Shown here: in pieces, positions 60,061 through 64,000 of the stretch | Layout: the number at the start of each line of letters is the position of its first letter | How positions within the stretch are numbered: position 1 is the first letter of the stretch | From: a virus | Strand: one strand, 5' to 3' | Virus record (IMG/VR): IMGVR_UViG_3300023106_000001 | Coordinates: 65,485-129,484 of that record | Length of the DNA stretch: 64,000 bases | The notes under the pieces: generated by a model | Told to the model about the DNA's origin: nothing | Database searches by the model: none | The model's input: only the letters and a program-made list of their open reading frames with translations | Made by a program: the position numbers and the translations under genes

Positions 60061-60167
60061 AGTTGAATAAGATTTCCGAGATCAAATTCAATATTTTAAA
60101 AGATATAAACTATTCCCCGTTATTAATCTGAGTTCTCGGAAAACTCTTTTTAATAGTGGGGATTTTT
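60061..60167 (+). ncRNA. structured 5' leader: two hairpins with complementary 7-nt loops; the second is terminator-like
   Basis: Loop 1 TTCCGAG (60074-60080), loop 2 CTCGGAA (60135-60141); outer stem 60114-60125 with 60151-60162, followed by T5. Confidence 0.65.
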
Positions 60168-60176
60168 ATTTAAGAT

Positions 60177-60908
60177 ATGGGCAGACCAATAAGAAATAGG
60201 GCAGGAGAAAGATATTTAACTAATGAAGGTTATTGGGTATTAATTATAGAATCTTTCAGTGCAACAAATTGTACAATACAATTTAACGATGTTAATAAAA
60301 CAATTCTAAAAAATACGAGAGTTTGTGAAATAAAAAATGGGAGTATTAAAAATCCCTATCATCCGTCTGTATGCGGTATTGGATACTTTGGAATTGGTAA
60401 ATATAATTCACAAAAAGGTAAAGTATATCAAGCATGGGCTGACATGATAAAAAGGTGTTATTCTAAAAATAGACAAAATACTCAACCTACTTATACTATA
60501 TGTTCTGTTTGTAAAGAATGGTTAAATTTTCAAAATTACGCGGAGTGGTATGAAACGAATAGAGTCGATAATTACCAAGTTGACAAAGATATTTTAACCA
60601 AAGGTAATAAAATTTACAGCCCAGAAAATTGTTGCTTTGTTCCACAAGAGATTAACGCTTTACTTACCAAATCTAATAGTGCTAGAGGAAAATATCCGAT
60701 AGGTGTTCATAAATCAGGTAAAAAGTATATTGCAAGACTTCAAGAGAAAGATAAAAAAGAACGTTTTGACACTCCAGAAGAAGCTTTTGAATGTTATAAA
60801 TTTCACAAGGAAAATCATATAAAGAAAGTGGCTAACAAATACAGAGGTAAAATAACAGAAGGTTGTTACTGGGCATTATATAATTATCAAGTAGAAATAA
60901 CTGATTAA
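60177..60908 (+). CDS. HNH-like homing endonuclease-like protein, copy 3
   Basis: Same family as 36893 and 38470 (DMIKRCY...EWLNFQNYAEW...VDKDIL.KGNKIYSPE.C.FVP.EIN...NYQVEITD). Confidence 0.75.
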   Translation: MGRPIRNRAGERYLTNEGYWVLIIESFSATNCTIQFNDVNKTILKNTRVCEIKNGSIKNPYHPSVCGIGYFGIGKYNSQKGKVYQAWADMIKRCYSKNRQNTQPTYTICSVCKEWLNFQNYAEWYETNRVDNYQVDKDILTKGNKIYSPENCCFVPQEINALLTKSNSARGKYPIGVHKSGKKYIARLQEKDKKERFDTPEEAFECYKFHKENHIKKVANKYRGKITEGCYWALYNYQVEITD

Positions 60909-60911
60909 AAA

Positions 60912-60943
60912 CTTGCACAATAAAAATAAATAAACTAAATTTA
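60912..60943 (+). promoter_or_regulatory. probable promoter for the small-gene cluster
   Basis: CTTG 60912-60915, 20-nt spacer, TAAATTTA 60936-60943 (one mismatch to consensus). Confidence 0.45.
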
Positions 60944-60965
60944 CAAAAAATTAAAACAGATAAAC

Positions 60966-61109
60966 ATGAAACAGCAAGAATTAGAAGAAATGATTAAAGA
61001 TGAAGTTAGAAAAATAGTTATTTCTCACAAAGAAGGTAAAATGTCTGATGAAGAATATTTCCAAAAAATGACAGCTTATAGTGAGATTTGTGGAGCTTTA
61101 AATTCTTAG
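60966..61109 (+). CDS. small hypothetical protein (47 aa)
   Basis: MKQQELEEMIKDEVRKIVISHKEGKMSDEEYFQKMTAYSEICGALNS*, read by hand; fills the gap between genes. Confidence 0.6.
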   Translation: MKQQELEEMIKDEVRKIVISHKEGKMSDEEYFQKMTAYSEICGALNS

Positions 61110-61111
61110 TC

Positions 61112-61522
61112 ATGCAAGTAATAAGCTCAAAAATATTAAAGGCCAGAAAAGAACATAGATGTGATTTATGTTTAGAAAAAATTGAAAAAGGCGCACAATA
61201 CGAAAGGCAATGTAATAAGATAGATGATGTTTATACTTTTAAAAGTCATTTGTATTGTAAAGATATTGCTTCTCATTTGAATATGTATGATGATCTTGAC
61301 TATGGATTAAATGATGAGAATTTTATGGAGACAATTAGAGAACAGTTTATTTTTCTTCAAGAGCTTCATAATTCAGAGGTGTTTAATTATGAACATTATC
61401 GATATCCTTCTTTTCAAGAGCAGTTGTATTATGTTTGTACTTATCATTTAGTTGAAGATGAATATCAGAAGTATTTGGATGAGATGTCTAGTGATTGGAA
61501 TAGAGGTGTTGGATTTTTATAA
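61112..61522 (+). CDS. small putative Zn-binding protein
   Basis: ATG 61112; KARKEHRCDLC..KI..G..Y...H..C pattern. Confidence 0.65.
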   Translation: MQVISSKILKARKEHRCDLCLEKIEKGAQYERQCNKIDDVYTFKSHLYCKDIASHLNMYDDLDYGLNDENFMETIREQFIFLQELHNSEVFNYEHYRYPSFQEQLYYVCTYHLVEDEYQKYLDEMSSDWNRGVGFL

Positions 61523-61552
61523 AACTGTTTTTAAATCTTTTTTGCGCGAAAT

Positions 61553-61933
61553 ATGGAAAAATTATCAAATAAAAGACTGTCAGATATTATACTGGGTTTT
61601 GAGTTAGGAGACACAGTATTCCTTGATGGATTAGCTTTTAGAAAAAATATAAATAGAGATTCTTTTGAGAAACAGCTTAAATTACACCTTAAACCAAATC
61701 AAATGACTGCAATGGATCTTTGTGGTAATCAAGGAGATGAACTGCTTTTTACGATAGGAAATTCTAATATTGAGTGGGAATCTATAAGCTATAGGTATGG
61801 CTGTGATAAATTACGTATTCAAAGACTTTGTCAAAAACATGAAGGAGGGGCTGGCGCATTCTTAGGACTTAATCTAAAACAACAGTATATTAACCCTGAA
61901 ACTATTGTAACAGTTATAAAAAATAAATTATGA
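61553..61933 (+). CDS. hypothetical protein (126 aa)
   Basis: ORF track; coupled overlap with the next gene. Confidence 0.65.
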   Translation: MEKLSNKRLSDIILGFELGDTVFLDGLAFRKNINRDSFEKQLKLHLKPNQMTAMDLCGNQGDELLFTIGNSNIEWESISYRYGCDKLRIQRLCQKHEGGAGAFLGLNLKQQYINPETIVTVIKNKL

Positions 61934-62346
61934 AAAACTTAGAATTTAAAGACATCTACAGGTATTTACCATTTAATCTAGAAGGAATACATCACTTAAA
62001 TAATGATGTCATGACTATACATTTTTTCACAGAAGATATAAGTCAAAACAGTATTTCTCTTTTAGGTTTCTTTAACGAGTGTACGCCTATACTATATCCG
62101 CACGACTTGACTAAGGAGATTGAATACAACGGAGAAAAGTTTTTACCGACTGTTTGGTTTAGAGATAATTATTATCTATTCAATATTCAGCAAGATGATA
62201 TGTTACAATTAATTTCAATGTATTTATATATTTTCAATAGAAATGATTCCGCGCCAGATTGGTTTACATCAAAATTATATGAGTGGAAGATAGATGTTAA
62301 TGGTTTAATACCGCAAGGATTAGCAATAGATAAAAATGCATTATGA
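61930..62346 (+). CDS. hypothetical phage protein (138 aa)
   Basis: PILYP.DLTKEIEYNG ... KLYEW.IDV.GLI..GLAID.N pattern, which I recall from Bacteroidota phage small proteins. Confidence 0.65.
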   Translation: MKNLEFKDIYRYLPFNLEGIHHLNNDVMTIHFFTEDISQNSISLLGFFNECTPILYPHDLTKEIEYNGEKFLPTVWFRDNYYLFNIQQDDMLQLISMYLYIFNRNDSAPDWFTSKLYEWKIDVNGLIPQGLAIDKNAL

Positions 62347-62558
62347 TAAAAGAACAATCAAGAAGAGTAGGCCTTACAATTTCCGCGATAAAAGCAATAG
62401 CAGTTCAACTACAATTAGATAAAACATGTGCAGTAGTTGGTTTAAAATCCCCTGATTTATATCTAAGAATGATTGAGGCAGAAGGAGTACAAGCAGAGGC
62501 TGAGGAAATGTTTAAAGATAAGGTATCAACAGGTTTTATATTTAAATTGAAGAAATGA
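62343..62558 (+). CDS. hypothetical protein (71 aa)
   Basis: ORF track; ATGA overlaps on both sides. Confidence 0.6.
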   Translation: MIKEQSRRVGLTISAIKAIAVQLQLDKTCAVVGLKSPDLYLRMIEAEGVQAEAEEMFKDKVSTGFIFKLKK

Positions 62559-63154
62559 AAGAAGAGATAATTAAAAAAGCTTGGAAAATATCTGTCAAAA
62601 ACTTAGAAGAGCCTTGGCACTATAATGATGTTATCATAAGCGCCGAAACACGAGGACAAGCAAGAAGTGAAGGACTAACAGAAATGCGCAATCTGGGCGC
62701 TACGAAGTTAGTAGATTACAAATATGATGATACAGAAGTTTATTACACAGACATCATAGCACACAGAGCAAAAGAATATGACACTATTTTATTTGAAGGT
62801 AAAGAAATGAAACGTCATGCTATTGAAAAACATATTTGGTGTAGAGAACGTGATCAAAAAGCTTTAGATTTAACTGTTTCCAATCCAAATGATTTAGCTG
62901 TTGTGTGGGCGGGATGTTATAGAGGTTATTGGGGCAGCGGGAGATCTGGATATTCAGATGATATTATCTTTGCAGGTAAATACGACGTAAAAGAGGCTTA
63001 TGAGATTGTGAGAGGTTCAGATTATGGCCGACAAGAAACAGTTAGACTTTTGAATGTGGAGGAATTTAATGCTAACATTGACACAGAAGTTGAAAAGCTA
63101 CAGAAACAAATGGATAGATTAAGAACTTATAAAGTGAACCATGAAACGAAGTAA
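62555..63154 (+). CDS. hypothetical protein (199 aa)
   Basis: ORF track; YW...RSGY.D....AG.Y....A pattern; no function assignable. Confidence 0.65.
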   Translation: MKEEIIKKAWKISVKNLEEPWHYNDVIISAETRGQARSEGLTEMRNLGATKLVDYKYDDTEVYYTDIIAHRAKEYDTILFEGKEMKRHAIEKHIWCRERDQKALDLTVSNPNDLAVVWAGCYRGYWGSGRSGYSDDIIFAGKYDVKEAYEIVRGSDYGRQETVRLLNVEEFNANIDTEVEKLQKQMDRLRTYKVNHETK

Positions 63155-63329
63155 AATAACACCAATCGGCGCGAAAAGAAAACTAATAAAATACTTTAAC
63201 TTCAAACCTTCAGACTTCTATGACAATACATTAATTTGTCAAGACTGTGTAGAACTAAGTTCAGTGGATATATTAGAAGAAATACAATTAACTCATAAAG
63301 AACAATTTGAACAAGAATTATGGAAATAA
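63141..63329 (+). CDS. hypothetical protein (62 aa)
   Basis: ORF track; contains a CxxC. Confidence 0.5.
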   Translation: MKRSKITPIGAKRKLIKYFNFKPSDFYDNTLICQDCVELSSVDILEEIQLTHKEQFEQELWK

Positions 63330-63460
63330 CATGGACATATAACTGGCTGGAATCAATAGCCATCATAGGAATGAGTATTATAGCATTTATCGTTGTAGCT
63401 ATAGTTGTGATTAAAATTGTTGCAATATCTATTATCAAAACAATATTTAGATCATGGTAG
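63320..63460 (+). CDS. small membrane protein (46 aa)
   Basis: MEITWTYNWLESIAIIGMSIIAFIVVAIVVIKIVAISIIKTIFRSW*, read by hand. Confidence 0.55.
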   Translation: MEITWTYNWLESIAIIGMSIIAFIVVAIVVIKIVAISIIKTIFRSW

Positions 63461-63633
63461 TAAGATACGTAATAACAGACATTGATGGGTATGGTTATTG
63501 GGCAACAGATTATAGACGTTTTAAAGGTTTTCTTTTCGCCGACCAATTTGAATCTGAAGAAAAGGCTTTAGAAGCAGCGCAAAAGGAGAATGTAGGGGTA
63601 TTTAAAATAACTAAGATATATGATACAAAATGA
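63454..63633 (+). CDS. small hypothetical protein (59 aa)
   Basis: MVVRYVITDIDGYGYW...KIYDTK*, read by hand; overlaps neighbours in the coupled style of this cluster. Confidence 0.6.
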   Translation: MVVRYVITDIDGYGYWATDYRRFKGFLFADQFESEEKALEAAQKENVGVFKITKIYDTK

Positions 63634-63932
63634 GATTATTTAAAAAGAAATTAGACGTTTATGATGAACACGAGCAATTACTAGTAGAAAGAGTTATTGA
63701 GGCTCTGAGGGAAAATCCAGAAGATTTTTCTGCAAAATGGTGGACAGGTAAATCATTAGATTCATCAGTACAACATAAAAATGGCGAATTACTGATAACG
63801 GTTAAAGGAGGAGAAATAATAAGACCATTAGAACCAAAAATGAGCGATGAGCAAAAATATATTGTAAAAAAGCTGTTAGAACCAATAGTTAAAAGAGACA
63901 GTTATGAAATAATTAAAAACTTCACTTTATAA
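63630..63932 (+). CDS. hypothetical protein (100 aa)
   Basis: ORF track; TAATG overlap with the next ORF. Confidence 0.6.
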   Translation: MRLFKKKLDVYDEHEQLLVERVIEALRENPEDFSAKWWTGKSLDSSVQHKNGELLITVKGGEIIRPLEPKMSDEQKYIVKKLLEPIVKRDSYEIIKNFTL

Positions 63933-64000
63933 TGGACAAAAATAAACCAATTATCTGGCAAATGAGTAAGGATTATAATCCAAGAAACAATGTACAATAC
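63932..64000 (+). CDS. 5' end of a hypothetical protein (runs off the window)
   Basis: ATG 63932: MDKNKPIIWQMSKDYNPRNNVQY..., open to the end of the window. Confidence 0.5.
   Translation, partial: MDKNKPIIWQMSKDYNPRNNVQY

Noticed and set aside
1-64000. Stop-codon reassignment (TAG or TGA), common in some crAss-like phages
   Set aside because: Genes up to 6.7 kb are intact in the standard code, and TAG (20257, 38421) and TGA (1925, 5476) end genes at sensible boundaries.
1-64000. CRISPR array, tRNA genes or a diversity-generating retroelement
   Set aside because: By eye I found no regularly spaced repeat-spacer array, no cloverleaf, no reverse transcriptase and no TR/VR pair differing at adenines. 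A tRNAscan run would be needed to fully exclude tRNAs.

Overview
About 64 kb of an AT-rich, crAss-like (Crassvirales-type podovirus architecture) bacteriophage genome. Almost everything is on the + strand, and the standard genetic code gives intact ORFs. Gene order: terminase large subunit, portal, probable scaffold, major capsid protein, conserved head/neck genes, lysis cassette (holin-like genes plus GH19 endolysin), Cys-rich tail hub/fibre/spike genes, ring proteins, HU/IHF-like protein, a very large tail muzzle/stabilisation protein, five ejection (cargo) proteins of 569-2210 aa, then small early-type genes. Repeated TTTG-N19/20-TAnnTTTG promoters point to a Bacteroidota host; Flavobacterium-like is my inference. 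Eight free-standing homing-endonuclease-like genes of three nuclease types are wedged between essential genes, five of them with their own promoter. Main oddities: (1) the muzzle gene looks split, with the first half ending in a PKD-like domain plus 23-aa leucine-rich repeats, and a relic start codon lying in front of an inserted HNH-like gene; (2) a kissing-loop/terminator leader RNA precedes an HNH-like gene; (3) a G10 tract sits inside the tail-spike gene, a possible phase-variation switch; (4) a recurring [FMLYG]-Q-x-G-G motif punctuates the ejection proteins; (5) the cargo proteins carry ADP-ribosyltransferase and zincin domains but no recognisable virion RNA polymerase motif. Family names come from motif recognition by eye; no database searches were run.
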